Shown here: positions 15,996-25,837 of the stretch, one piece after another
How the letters are laid out: every line of letters starts with the position of its first letter
Position numbering within the stretch: position 1 is the stretch's first letter
Virus record (IMG/VR): IMGVR_UViG_3300020576_001727
Span: 39,062-103,061 of that record
Source of the DNA: a virus
Taxonomy: Duplodnaviria; Heunggongvirae; Uroviricota; Caudoviricetes
Length of the DNA stretch: 64,000 nucleotides
Direction: 5' to 3' (one strand)
Notes under the pieces: generated by a model
Told to the model about the DNA's origin: nothing
Database searches by the model: none
Seen by the model: the letters and a program-made list of their open reading frames with translations, nothing else
Program-made: the position numbers and the translations under genes

Positions 15996-18800
15996 ATGAG
16001 TAATATCGAATATTTCATTGTTGAAGGCGGTCATGATGGTGATCCAGACCCGGAAGAAACCGGACGTATTCGCGTCCGTCAAATGGGCAAGCATGGTCAA
16101 AACGTCAAGACCGAACACCTTCCTCTGAATCAAACTCTCAAATCAGACGCATCCGAATTTCATCGCCCACCGACTCCGGGGACGATCTTGGCTGGTTATA
16201 TTCCCAAAGGTGCCGAACATACTGGATATTCTCACTTGCTTGGTTCGTTCGCAACCAAACAGGAATCGGGTGCTTCCGTTCCCGGCAATACAACTTTGCC
16301 TTTCTTGGACAAAGCACAAAACATCGAATTGAAAATCAAGCTTCCTCCCAACATCAAATCCATTCTGGAAAGCAACAGAACAGGATTGGAGAAGTTCAAG
16401 AAAGAGATTGAAGAAAAAGGGGAGAAATTTAAACAGGCGACTCTTCGCGGTTTGCCTTCCGATGGTGCAGTCTTTGCTTTGTCGGGAATTCGAAATACTC
16501 CATTCAAGAACATTTCAACTGCTATAGACAAAGCAGCCTCGCAAATGACCAGTTCCAAATTAGCTGGTTTAAGCGGTCTTGTGTCTAGTCTTGACTTGAA
16601 CAGTCTTATCTCTCAATTGATTTCTCAATTAGATTTGCCTGACACAATGGTCCAGACTTTGGAAAGCTTTGTCAAGACGGCAAGTGGAGATATCAATTCG
16701 GTATCGCCTCCCGGTGGAGCTTCCCTTGGCAATCTGATTAACCAAGAAAAATTCCTGACTAAAGCACTGGACTTGATGAAAGATGTCAAGACAACCGGGG
16801 AATTGTTGCGAGTAATTCAGACCTTACAGCATCCGGACACATTGGCTGATACGCTTTCGGATATCTCTAATGTTTCAATCAATTCCGATTCGATCTTTGG
16901 AGCAATCAAACAGGAAATCAACTCCAAAGGCGAGATAGTCGAAGTCGCCAATGATTTTATTGAAAATATCAAGAATGCATTGCAAAGCCTATTGAGTTCG
17001 ATCCCCGGAACCGGCGTTGACGGAGACAGTTTCTTTACGTCTGAAGGAACTCCTATTCAGGATTTGATTCAAAGAATGAAGGATACTGCCAAGGCGACCG
17101 AACTAAAGGAAGCTGTTGAAAAGGTATCGAGTTCCCTGAATTCTCGTAAACAAAAGCAGAGAACGAACAACAACAGCGCGGGCAAAGGCGCAACCCAAGA
17201 TATCATTTTCAAGGCGAAACAACTTATTGCTCGCGATGGAAGAGTCATTCCTTTCTTTCCAACAACCAAGAATGGCGTATCAGGAACGACTACATCGGTA
17301 GGAACGCCGGGAAGTGATCCTTCTCCTGTCCCAAGTTCGAACGTAGCAGCGGAAGCATTGATTGCAGCCATTGCGGCGTTTGACAAGGCAAACAGCGCCT
17401 TCGACACTGCAAATTCGGCGGTTGGGTCATCTTCCGGTCAAGCTGGCAATACAGCCAATTCGGCTCTTTTGGTAGCGCAAGCGGCTTTCGGAAAGGCAAA
17501 TAGTGCTAATGATATAGCGGTTTCGGCTTATTCGACAATTAACACGGAATCGTCTCGTTTAACCAGTGCGTTTGGTCAAGCCAACAATGCATTGTCAGTC
17601 GGTCAAGCAGCCTTTGCCAAAGCTAATACTTACGTGGCGTCAGATGCTTCAAATACGCTTAATACAGCTATTGGAGCGTTTACCAAAGCGAATACAGCTT
17701 CGAATACTGCTATTGGAGCATTTGATAAAGCCAATGCGGAAGCAACTCGCCTAACTTCAGCTTATGCTACAGTGAACGCCGAATCAACTCGTCTAACCAG
17801 TGCTTATGCAACTGTCAATGCTGAATCGTCTCGTTTAACATCTGCATTTGGTCAAGCCAATACCGCGAATCTGGTAGCAAAAGAAGCTTCCAACGTCGCG
17901 ACTGGATCATTTGCCAAAGCCAACGCGGAAGCAACTCGATTGACTTCTGCTTACGCTACGATCAATTCGGAATCAATTCGCCTGACTTCGGCTTTTGCGG
18001 CGGCAAATGCTAAGATGAATCCTGATTTTAGTAATGCAAATACAGTGGTTCCTAATACAAATATGCGCGCACCATTACGCGAAAACATAAAACAAATATT
18101 GGATTGGAACGAAGCTAATACAAATGGTTGGTATGCAGGAGCAAATTCAGCCAATGCACCAACACAGACGGCGGCTGACGATTGGTATGTTGGAATGGTG
18201 ACAGCATATTCTAACGATTATACAGAACAGGTTGTTTATAGTCTTTTGAACGGCGGAACGGCGACACCGTCCGCCAATACATATTCTTATCGAAGAACAC
18301 AACGTAATTCGGTTTGGGGTGATTGGGTAAGAATACTTCGATCCCAAGACGAAATTCGCACGGAAGCTTATTCTAACGCGGCTGGTGAAAGAACTCGTTT
18401 GACTTCTGCATACGCAGCCGCAAACGGAACATATTCCGATTCCGGTTATTTTACATCGATTGTGACGCCTCAATCAGGAAGTATTGTCTCTTATTCAGCC
18501 AATGGACATTTCAAGAGAATCGATCTTGAAACAGGATTTTTCTCTATCAATGTCGCCATTACCAACAAAGGAACGGCGAATGGCGCAGCTTTCTGTAACG
18601 TTCCTTTCGTCGCGGCGGATACATTCTATAATGAATTTGCAGGAAGACGAACGGGTGATGGTGCAATGTTGCAAGGACAAATCAATCCAGCCTCGAATTC
18701 TTTGATCATATTTGTTTATGACAATTCATCACCTTTCGCCACTGGAAATCTTATGTATCGAATGTCTGGCGTAGTCAGAACACAACCATTTACAGGATAA
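15996..18800 (+). CDS. gp5 N-terminal OB-fold fused to a helical region, an Ala/Asn coiled-coil stalk, a knob and a receptor-binding tip
   Basis: N-terminal DPDPEETGRIRVRQMGKHG...LP. 14-residue repeats (AEATRLTSAYATVN) at about 17340-18015. Knob-like ANTNGWY...YRRT....WGDWVRI. C-terminal tip domain ending MSGVVRT. Confidence 0.7.
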   Translation: MSNIEYFIVEGGHDGDPDPEETGRIRVRQMGKHGQNVKTEHLPLNQTLKSDASEFHRPPTPGTILAGYIPKGAEHTGYSHLLGSFATKQESGASVPGNTTLPFLDKAQNIELKIKLPPNIKSILESNRTGLEKFKKEIEEKGEKFKQATLRGLPSDGAVFALSGIRNTPFKNISTAIDKAASQMTSSKLAGLSGLVSSLDLNSLISQLISQLDLPDTMVQTLESFVKTASGDINSVSPPGGASLGNLINQEKFLTKALDLMKDVKTTGELLRVIQTLQHPDTLADTLSDISNVSINSDSIFGAIKQEINSKGEIVEVANDFIENIKNALQSLLSSIPGTGVDGDSFFTSEGTPIQDLIQRMKDTAKATELKEAVEKVSSSLNSRKQKQRTNNNSAGKGATQDIIFKAKQLIARDGRVIPFFPTTKNGVSGTTTSVGTPGSDPSPVPSSNVAAEALIAAIAAFDKANSAFDTANSAVGSSSGQAGNTANSALLVAQAAFGKANSANDIAVSAYSTINTESSRLTSAFGQANNALSVGQAAFAKANTYVASDASNTLNTAIGAFTKANTASNTAIGAFDKANAEATRLTSAYATVNAESTRLTSAYATVNAESSRLTSAFGQANTANLVAKEASNVATGSFAKANAEATRLTSAYATINSESIRLTSAFAAANAKMNPDFSNANTVVPNTNMRAPLRENIKQILDWNEANTNGWYAGANSANAPTQTAADDWYVGMVTAYSNDYTEQVVYSLLNGGTATPSANTYSYRRTQRNSVWGDWVRILRSQDEIRTEAYSNAAGERTRLTSAYAAANGTYSDSGYFTSIVTPQSGSIVSYSANGHFKRIDLETGFFSINVAITNKGTANGAAFCNVPFVAADTFYNEFAGRRTGDGAMLQGQINPASNSLIIFVYDNSSPFATGNLMYRMSGVVRTQPFTG

Positions 18801-18807
18801 TGAAGAT

Positions 18808-19419
18808 ATGACAGAAAAATGGAATGAACCGGAAGATGCTCGCACTAAAGGCGGGACGTATCCGAATTACAACATAAAGCGAACGCCATCGGGTCATACG
18901 ATCATGATGGACGATACGGAAGGCGCGGAAAGTATCACTATCCAACATCGTTCGGGTTCAATGATTCAGATGCATCCAAATGGAACTGTTCATTTCAGAA
19001 ACAATGGAGACAAGATCGAAGTCGTCTTGGGAGACGGCAAGATGAAGATAACCGGATCAATGGATATTTCCGTTGACGGCGGCGGAAGTCTGAACGTTGA
19101 AGGCGATTATGACATGACAGTCCAAGGCAACGTCAATACAGTCGTCAACGGCAATCAGAAGACAGTCGTTAACGGTGCTTCCGAAACTGTTGTGGGAGGA
19201 AATCAGACAAGCGTTGTCAAAGGAAATCAGCAAACATCTGTGCAAGGAAACGTTGAACAACTGGTTGATGGTGCAACCAATATTCAATCGGAAGGCGGAA
19301 TAGCCTTGCACGCATCGGGAGCGGGAATGTCTCTCGCGTCTGAAGGCAATATGGCTATCGACTCCGGGGGTGATCTATCGGTTATGACAACCGGCAACGT
19401 TCACTTTAACGAAGCTTGA
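18808..19419 (+). CDS. gp5: gp5 C-terminal beta-helix (needle), encoded separately
   Basis: YPNYNIKRTPSGHTIMMDDTEGAESITIQHRSGSMIQMHPNG followed by VxGN 8-residue repeats. Confidence 0.88.
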   Translation: MTEKWNEPEDARTKGGTYPNYNIKRTPSGHTIMMDDTEGAESITIQHRSGSMIQMHPNGTVHFRNNGDKIEVVLGDGKMKITGSMDISVDGGGSLNVEGDYDMTVQGNVNTVVNGNQKTVVNGASETVVGGNQTSVVKGNQQTSVQGNVEQLVDGATNIQSEGGIALHASGAGMSLASEGNMAIDSGGDLSVMTTGNVHFNEA

Positions 19420-19669
19420 TTTCGTAAATATCTTCTTCCATGAAAGTCTTGTGTTCAAAAGACCCGCGAAACGGCGAATTGTTTCCTGCCGTATATCGAA
19501 CTGTTCTTCCCCCAAATTCAATATCTTCGGCTTGTAAAGCATATTCGAGATATTTCTTGATGGCGACTTGTGTGTCATACATCGATCCATCATGATTTTC
19601 GCAAACAATAGTCGCGAAAATAAAATATCCCGGTTCTGGATATGTCAAGGTGATAACCGCTTTTTTCAT
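19406..19669 (-). CDS. Hypothetical early protein (inverted cassette)
   Basis: 87 aa, ATGA-coupled to the upstream gene. Confidence 0.65.
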   Translation of the reverse strand: MKKAVITLTYPEPGYFIFATIVCENHDGSMYDTQVAIKKYLEYALQAEDIEFGGRTVRYTAGNNSPFRGSFEHKTFMEEDIYEIKLR

Positions 19670-19824
19670 TCTTCTTTCTCTTTGTTAAAAGATCGAACTA
19701 TCTCCCGTCTCATTCCGGGGGATAAACTCTCCCATTCATCAACCGAATATCCATTGATTGGTGCAGGATGAACGGCTTTGTTGTAAGTGAAGAATTTTCG
19801 AGAAATGTCATAATTAGGACTCAT
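19666..19824 (-). CDS. Hypothetical early protein, 52 aa
   Basis: MSPNYDISRKFFTYNKAVHPAPINGYSVDEWESLSPGMRREIVRSFNKEKEE. Its stop overlaps the next ATG. Confidence 0.55.
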   Translation of the reverse strand: MSPNYDISRKFFTYNKAVHPAPINGYSVDEWESLSPGMRREIVRSFNKEKEE

Positions 19825-19861
19825 CACCTATTCGTCCGTTCTTTCATGATCATCAATCCTT

Positions 19862-20074
19862 TCAATCAAGTTCAATGAACAGATATTCAATGTCCGCGCC
19901 GTGATATTCCTCTAGCGCAAGCATTGCCTGTTCTTTGGTTTCAAAACCTTCAACGGCTACAAGTTCATAATCGTAAAAATGGGCGATGACAAACTTATGA
20001 TTCGGATTTCCGGTTCCCGCACCATATTCCGCATCGATGTTTCGAGCGGTGCCGATCTTTACATAATCCATCAT
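19862..20074 (-). CDS. Hypothetical early protein
   Basis: GGAGA SD. 70 aa. Confidence 0.65.
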   Translation of the reverse strand: MMDYVKIGTARNIDAEYGAGTGNPNHKFVIAHFYDYELVAVEGFETKEQAMLALEEYHGADIEYLFIELD

Positions 20075-20159
20075 TTGTCTCTCCTAAGCCAAAACGATTT
20101 GGCGATTGCGGATGGTAATGAAACCAATCCAATCGGCGGGTTCAAAGGCGTCTGGCATC

Positions 20160-20345
20160 TTAATATCCAATGTCAATGTTGCGAATCTGCCAAGGTCCGT
20201 TCTTCTGGTGAAGAGGATCATTGGCGACGACTTCATCCAGACGCTTTTCGGCGGCGAGCTTGACGCCATTCCAATTGAAATGCTCGAAATGAATTACAAA
20301 AGTGTAGTTCTTTTCGTTGAAGGCGATTGCGCGGAAATTAACCAT
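20160..20345 (-). CDS. Hypothetical early protein, first gene of the inverted cassette
   Basis: MVNFRAIAFNEKNYTF...IDIGY, starting just downstream of the promoter. The ORF-track start at 20507 lies upstream of the promoter. Confidence 0.6.
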   Translation of the reverse strand: MVNFRAIAFNEKNYTFVIHFEHFNWNGVKLAAEKRLDEVVANDPLHQKNGPWQIRNIDIGY

Positions 20346-20372
20346 TGCTCTATCTCTCTCAATTTCATGATT

Positions 20373-20401
20373 AACATAATCCAAATCGAAACATTTGTCA
20401 A
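20373..20401 (-). promoter_or_regulatory. Early promoter of the inverted cassette
   Basis: TTGACA (20401-20396), N17, TATGTT (20378-20373). Confidence 0.75.
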
Positions 20402-20411
20402 GCCTATGTTC

Positions 20412-20419
20412 AATAAATA
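20412..20419 (+). promoter_or_regulatory. Late promoter re-starting the baseplate operon
   Basis: AATAAATA upstream of the PAAR gene SD (AAGGA). Confidence 0.6.
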
Positions 20420-20441
20420 CTCTATAAAAAGGAAGACTAAA

Positions 20442-20732
20442 ATGCCCGGTGCCCACAGACACGGCGATTTGAGAACATGCGGTGCCACAACTATTGTTTC
20501 CGGTCAATCTTCCGTTTTTTGTAACGGCAAGTTATGGGCGGTTGAAGGTGATCCGAACACGCATGGTTCTGGCGGTTTGATCGCAACCGGAAGCAAGGTT
20601 TTCATTAACGGCAAGAAAGTCATTGTGAACAGCCAAGACCCGGCAAATCCTGACAACAGATGTCCAGACGAAGGCGGGGAACATTGCTCGCCCGATACAG
20701 CGGCGGGGAGTGGAAATGTATTCTGCTATTAA
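20442..20732 (+). CDS. gp5.4: PAAR spike-tip protein (gp5.4-like)
   Basis: MPGAHRHGD.RTCGATT...VFCNGK..AVEGDPNTHG...VFINGK. The true start is 20442 (SD present). Confidence 0.9.
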   Translation: MPGAHRHGDLRTCGATTIVSGQSSVFCNGKLWAVEGDPNTHGSGGLIATGSKVFINGKKVIVNSQDPANPDNRCPDEGGEHCSPDTAAGSGNVFCY

Positions 20733-20749
20733 TACAAGAAAGAATCAAC

Positions 20750-21181
20750 ATGCGTATTGATGGTCGAATCAACACTAACGAAGTTTCCAGAATAAACGAA
20801 AATTATCGAGACTTGGACTTGGCTTTCCTTGCGCATCCTGCATCGGGGGATATCGTCAAGAAAACCGGAGTCGATGCAATCAAGAAATCCGTTCGCAATC
20901 TCTTGATGCTGAAAAAGGGTGAACTTGGATTTTCTCCCGAAAAAGGATGCGGAATCGATTTCATTCTATTCGAACCTTTCTCGCCAGCGGCGGTTGAAAT
21001 GCTGATCAAGGAAATTCGCTATACCTTGGAAGCATTTGAACCGCGTATCAGCATTGTCGAAATCATCGTTTCGGACGAAGATCAATTGGCACAAAATGCA
21101 ATCAAGGTTGATATAATCTTCTCAATTATCAATCACAATGAACCAATAACAGTTACGATTTTCCTTGAAAGAATTCGATAA
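20750..21181 (+). CDS. gp25: Baseplate wedge initiator
   Basis: YRDLDLAF..HP..GDI......DAIKKSVRNLL...GE..F.PE.GC...FEPR. Confidence 0.92.
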   Translation: MRIDGRINTNEVSRINENYRDLDLAFLAHPASGDIVKKTGVDAIKKSVRNLLMLKKGELGFSPEKGCGIDFILFEPFSPAAVEMLIKEIRYTLEAFEPRISIVEIIVSDEDQLAQNAIKVDIIFSIINHNEPITVTIFLERIR

Positions 21182-23257
21182 ATGACAGCAAATTCCACAC
21201 TAAGAATCACAGAACTTGATCCAAATACCATCAAAGAAAATCTTAAGACTTATCTTAAGAGTCAGTCTGAATTTCAAGACTATAACTTTGAAGGAAGTGG
21301 ACTGAATATCCTTCTAGATTTGCTTGCCTATAATACTCACTACATGGCTTTCTACATGAACATGTTAGGAAGTGAAGCCTTTATCGATACCGCTCAATTG
21401 CGTTCTTCTCTCGTTTCCCATGCCAAGCATATTGGTTATGTTCCAAACGGAAAGACTCCTGCTACAGCCTTTGTCAATGTCAAGGTTACTCCCGGCAATA
21501 CCGAAGATGATTCAGTTGGCAGTCTCACATTGCCACGTTGGACTCAATTCATTGGAGAATCGTTGGAAGGCGTGAACTATCCTTATGTCGCCATCAATTC
21601 GAACAATGCAGTCAAGATCAATGGAGCGTTCAATTTCTCCAATGTTGTCTTGAAACAGGGACAGGTCCAGACCAAAACTTGGTCGGTCAATGCAGCGAAC
21701 GAAAGACGTGAATACACAATCCCAAGTGCTAACGTCGATATCAATGAAGTCTATGTAACCGTTCAGGAATCTGCAACCAATACCTATTTCGAAATCTATA
21801 ACCGCTTTGAGGATTTGACCGAACTGACAAGCAACAGCAAGGTCTATTTCATCGAAGAATTGTCGGGTGGTAATGGTCACTTCAAGCTTTATTTTGGAGA
21901 CGGCTTCCTTGGCAAGAAACCAAGCAACGGCAATATCGTCACTGTCACCTATCTGGATACTGTTGGCGATATCGGGAATGGAGCAAATTCTTTCATTCTT
22001 TATGAAGACGTAGGCGGTTATAGTCAGAACGTCATTATCTCGACTCGTTCCCCTTCAACCGGTGGAGCGAAAGCAGAAACAAACGAAGAAATCCGTTACC
22101 GCGCGCCTTTGCATTATTCAACCCAAAATCGTGCTGTTACAACCTTGGATTATCAGGCTTTGATTTCCAAGGATTATCCTAACATTGATTCGATTTCTGT
22201 TTGGGGAGGCGAAACAGAAGAACCGCCAGTTTATGGCAAGGTCTATATCTCTCTTAAGCCGGTTTCCAACTATTACATCACGGAACTGGAAAAGCAGAGA
22301 ATTCTTAATGACTTGATCCGAAACAGAAGCGTTTTGACTGTCATTCCTGAAATCATCAATCCAGATTACACTTACCTTAAGCTGGAAACGAAGGTCTTCT
22401 ATGACAAGAACAAGACCAATCTGGACGAAGGACAGCTTAAGACTTTGGTTCGTAACGCAATTCTCGAATATCGTGACAATAAGTTGCAGAAATTCGATGC
22501 CAAGTTCCGTATCTCGAATTTACAGAAATACATTCAGGATGCAGACCCGGCTTTCAATAGCTGCACCGCTGTTGTCACCATGCAGAAGCGTATCCTTCCT
22601 ACCTTGAACGATACCAAGAACTATACGATCAATTTCAAACAGAAGTTGAAAAAGGGTATTGTCAATAGCGAAAAGTTGTCTTCCTTCCCCGCTATCCAAG
22701 TTTATGATAATACAGGAGTTTTGCGCAACTGCTTTATTGAGGAAATTCCAAATTCGGCTTCCGGTATCAGCAAATATCGAGTGATTACGGAAGGTTCTGG
22801 TTATGAAGATGCCAAGGTCACAATTTCCGGGGATGGAACGGGAGCTAAGGCAAATGCCAAGATCATCAACAAATCCGTTCGTGAAATCGTCGTCACTGCC
22901 AAGGGAAGTCTTTATCAGCAAGCATCGGTCGCAATCACGTCCAATACAGGAACGGGAGCAACCGCTACGGCTGATTTGCAGTTTGATGAAGGAACTTTGA
23001 GACTTTATTACTATAGAACAAACGGACAGAAAGTCGTTCTGAATTCAAATCTTGGAACTATCAATTACAAGACAGGTATTCTCCAAATCAATAATTTGAA
23101 TGTCTTTGGTATCATTGAAAATGACAACTATAATTTCGATGTTCTTACCTTGAATGTTCAGCCTTATGAAAATGACATATTATCTGTGCGAAATGCCATC
23201 ATAGATATAGACGAGAATGATGCATCATCAATCAACATACAAATGATACCTGAATAA
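21182..23257 (+). CDS. gp6: Baseplate wedge subunit
   Basis: ELD...IKENLK.YL..Q.EF.DYNFEGSGL.ILLDLLAYNTHY, QNRAVTTLDY, PPVYGKVYIS. Confidence 0.95.
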   Translation: MTANSTLRITELDPNTIKENLKTYLKSQSEFQDYNFEGSGLNILLDLLAYNTHYMAFYMNMLGSEAFIDTAQLRSSLVSHAKHIGYVPNGKTPATAFVNVKVTPGNTEDDSVGSLTLPRWTQFIGESLEGVNYPYVAINSNNAVKINGAFNFSNVVLKQGQVQTKTWSVNAANERREYTIPSANVDINEVYVTVQESATNTYFEIYNRFEDLTELTSNSKVYFIEELSGGNGHFKLYFGDGFLGKKPSNGNIVTVTYLDTVGDIGNGANSFILYEDVGGYSQNVIISTRSPSTGGAKAETNEEIRYRAPLHYSTQNRAVTTLDYQALISKDYPNIDSISVWGGETEEPPVYGKVYISLKPVSNYYITELEKQRILNDLIRNRSVLTVIPEIINPDYTYLKLETKVFYDKNKTNLDEGQLKTLVRNAILEYRDNKLQKFDAKFRISNLQKYIQDADPAFNSCTAVVTMQKRILPTLNDTKNYTINFKQKLKKGIVNSEKLSSFPAIQVYDNTGVLRNCFIEEIPNSASGISKYRVITEGSGYEDAKVTISGDGTGAKANAKIINKSVREIVVTAKGSLYQQASVAITSNTGTGATATADLQFDEGTLRLYYYRTNGQKVVLNSNLGTINYKTGILQINNLNVFGIIENDNYNFDVLTLNVQPYENDILSVRNAIIDIDENDASSINIQMIPE

Positions 23258-25815
23258 TGTCCAACACAAAACTTTCTATTCTGGCACCTGAACAAGTTCC
23301 TTTTTTCATTCGGAATGAAAATCCGAATTTGGAACTGTTTTTGCAAAAATATTATGAGTTTCTTGAACAGAATGATCAGGTTATCAATCACATAACCAAT
23401 TTCCGCAAGAACATTGACGTTGACGAAGTTCAAGATGCTGAAATGGAGGATTTGATATTCTCCAAATTCATGAAGAATTTCCCTGATACAACCATTGCCA
23501 ACAAGAATATTATCCTGAAAAATATCAAGGATTTCTACAGAGCAAAGGGAACGGAAAAGGCGGTTCGCTTTCTTGTCAACATTCTCGGCGGCGTTTCCAA
23601 TACCGAAGTTTATTTGCCCAAGACAGACATTCTCAAAGCGTCTGGCGGAAAATGGTTCAAACAGAAGACGGCTCGTATCGCGGATATCACAATCGACGGG
23701 GTTGCCAACAATTCGTTTGCCGCATTGCAGAAATTTACAGAACGTTTGATCACTGGCAACACAACAAATTCATCGGCAATTGTCGAAAGTGTCAACCGCA
23801 CCTATGAAAAAGGCGCATTGATTTCCGAACTCTATCTTTCCGAAATTTACAACAATTTTTCCGCGCGAGAATACATCAATGCAACCTATACCGAAGAAGG
23901 CGAAGAGCATACTATTGCCGCTCGAATCTTTGGTGGGCAGGTTCGCTCGATTTACATCAATGATCCGGGTTCGGGTTATTCTGTCGGACAATACATCAAT
24001 TTCGTAACCCAAGCCAACAATTCGGGTTCGGGAGCAAACGCAATCATTACCGATGTTTCGACGGGTAATGTTAGAGCAATTCAAGTAGTTGCGGGCGGCT
24101 CTGGTTTCAAAGTTGCCGATCCTTTGCTTATCATCGGAAGTGGAACCGGCGCGGCTGCCATTGTCGATACTGTTGCAACATCGGAAGTCTATCATCCAAA
24201 CACATACAACATTGGAGTTAGCACGATTGCCAATGTTACCAATACTCTGATGTCAAATGGAAATACCTCAATTGGTTCTTTGCTGAATTATATGGTCATT
24301 TCTGGTTTAGGACCGGCTACGTCCATAGTCGTGACCAATCCGGGTTCTGGTTACGAAGCGCCGCCTTCAGCCAACATTATTGCTAATAATTTCATTAAGA
24401 CTGCTGGCATTTTGGGAAGAATGAATATCCGTTCATCCGGCGCTGGTTATGCGGTAGGAGAAAAACTGAATTTTACTTTGCCACCGGGAGTTTATCAAGG
24501 CGAAGGCGCGAACGGAATCGTTTCGTCTGTTGATGCGAATGGAGCTATCACAGGCGTTCAATTCACCGAACAAACCGGTTTCTATATCGGCGGTTTGGGA
24601 TATCGTCAAACAGGTTTGCCTTATGTGACGATCAATACAGCCAATGGCGTCAACGGTAATGTCGAAATGGTTTGCATCTTGGGTCATGGCGAAGAACTTG
24701 CTCCAATCAATTCGGCAGTCGGACAGATTTCGACTATCAGCATTATAGATACCGGTTTGGCTTATAATACCGCTCCATTGATCGACATGACTGGATTGGG
24801 TAATGGAGACGCCAATCTAGAGGCTATCATCGTCGCGGGTGTTTATGAATATCCGGGTCGTTATCTGGACGATGGAAGCTTCCTTTCTTCGACCAACTAT
24901 CTTCGTGGGCGCGACTATTATCAGAACTATTCCTATGACATTCGTTCTCACGTTCCTATGTCGAAATATAAAGATGTCTTGCTTAAGATCGGTCATCCTA
25001 GCGGATTGAAGGTGTTCGGAACTTATATCAATGAAGCAAATCCAACCGATACACAACCGGCAACACAAGCAAATGTCAGTGTTATTCAAAGTCCAGTCGA
25101 TTATTTGGGAGCAAATCTTAAGGCTTGGTGGAATGCCGATTATTCAACCTATCTGACTTATGATGCGGACAATTATGTCACGTCTTGGCGCGATATCATT
25201 TCGAATATCAATCTGATTGCGACAAGCAACGCTCGACCATTGTATCAGTCCAATGGGTTTGGAGAAACGGTCGCAACAGTTTTGTTTGATGGAAATGAAA
25301 ACTATCTAACCGCCAACTCTGGATTGGGAAATCTTCCGATTGGAGCAAGCAATTGTGAAATTTGGCTATTGATTGAAAGCACCAATACAGCAACCGAAAG
25401 TTCGGAAGTTCTGTTGAATTATGGTTCTGGTATTGTCGATAGACGCGGCGTTGCATTTGGTAAAAATGTCAACAACACTTATCCATTGTTGATACAAACT
25501 TCCAATGCCAACACTGTTCTAACCAATATCAATTTGAATGAACATGTTGATCATTTCTATGCAAATCAGATCATCATTCGTGCTGAATTTGGAATGAACA
25601 CGACTTCTATTTCTGTGAATGGCAATACCAAGAACACGTCTGCCGTTTCGACTTACACCTATGGAGCAAACGTTATCACTCTTGCTGCTAGAGCGGATGG
25701 TGATGTTTCAACATCGTTCCAAGGAAAAATTTCAGATGTCATGATCACAAACGCATTGACAGACGGTCAAGCCAACGTAATTCTCGCATATTTGCAAACA
25801 AAAATAACCAAATAA
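23257..25815 (+). CDS. gp7: Baseplate wedge gp7-like protein with GSGY modules and a C-terminal lectin-like domain
   Basis: IKDFYRAKGTEKAVRFL, P.TDILKASGGKW, DYYQNYSY.IRS, HPSGLKVFG. C-terminal AWWNAD...VTSWRD...VLFDG. Confidence 0.75.
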   Translation: MSNTKLSILAPEQVPFFIRNENPNLELFLQKYYEFLEQNDQVINHITNFRKNIDVDEVQDAEMEDLIFSKFMKNFPDTTIANKNIILKNIKDFYRAKGTEKAVRFLVNILGGVSNTEVYLPKTDILKASGGKWFKQKTARIADITIDGVANNSFAALQKFTERLITGNTTNSSAIVESVNRTYEKGALISELYLSEIYNNFSAREYINATYTEEGEEHTIAARIFGGQVRSIYINDPGSGYSVGQYINFVTQANNSGSGANAIITDVSTGNVRAIQVVAGGSGFKVADPLLIIGSGTGAAAIVDTVATSEVYHPNTYNIGVSTIANVTNTLMSNGNTSIGSLLNYMVISGLGPATSIVVTNPGSGYEAPPSANIIANNFIKTAGILGRMNIRSSGAGYAVGEKLNFTLPPGVYQGEGANGIVSSVDANGAITGVQFTEQTGFYIGGLGYRQTGLPYVTINTANGVNGNVEMVCILGHGEELAPINSAVGQISTISIIDTGLAYNTAPLIDMTGLGNGDANLEAIIVAGVYEYPGRYLDDGSFLSSTNYLRGRDYYQNYSYDIRSHVPMSKYKDVLLKIGHPSGLKVFGTYINEANPTDTQPATQANVSVIQSPVDYLGANLKAWWNADYSTYLTYDADNYVTSWRDIISNINLIATSNARPLYQSNGFGETVATVLFDGNENYLTANSGLGNLPIGASNCEIWLLIESTNTATESSEVLLNYGSGIVDRRGVAFGKNVNNTYPLLIQTSNANTVLTNINLNEHVDHFYANQIIIRAEFGMNTTSISVNGNTKNTSAVSTYTYGANVITLAARADGDVSTSFQGKISDVMITNALTDGQANVILAYLQTKITK

Positions 25816-25817
25816 AT

Positions 25818-25825
25818 CATAAATA
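25818..25825 (+). promoter_or_regulatory. Late promoter upstream of gp8
   Basis: CATAAATA. Confidence 0.55.
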
Positions 25826-25837
25826 TAGAAACCCATT

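Noticed and set aside
19666-19824. Apparent frameshift in the small minus-strand ORF
   Set aside because: Recounting the five-G run at 19717-19721 gives an intact 52-aa frame.
20106-20441. N-terminal 112 aa of the ORF-track 208-aa PAAR ORF
   Set aside because: It is the antisense shadow of the minus-strand early cassette. The PAAR gene has its own SD and ATG at 20442.
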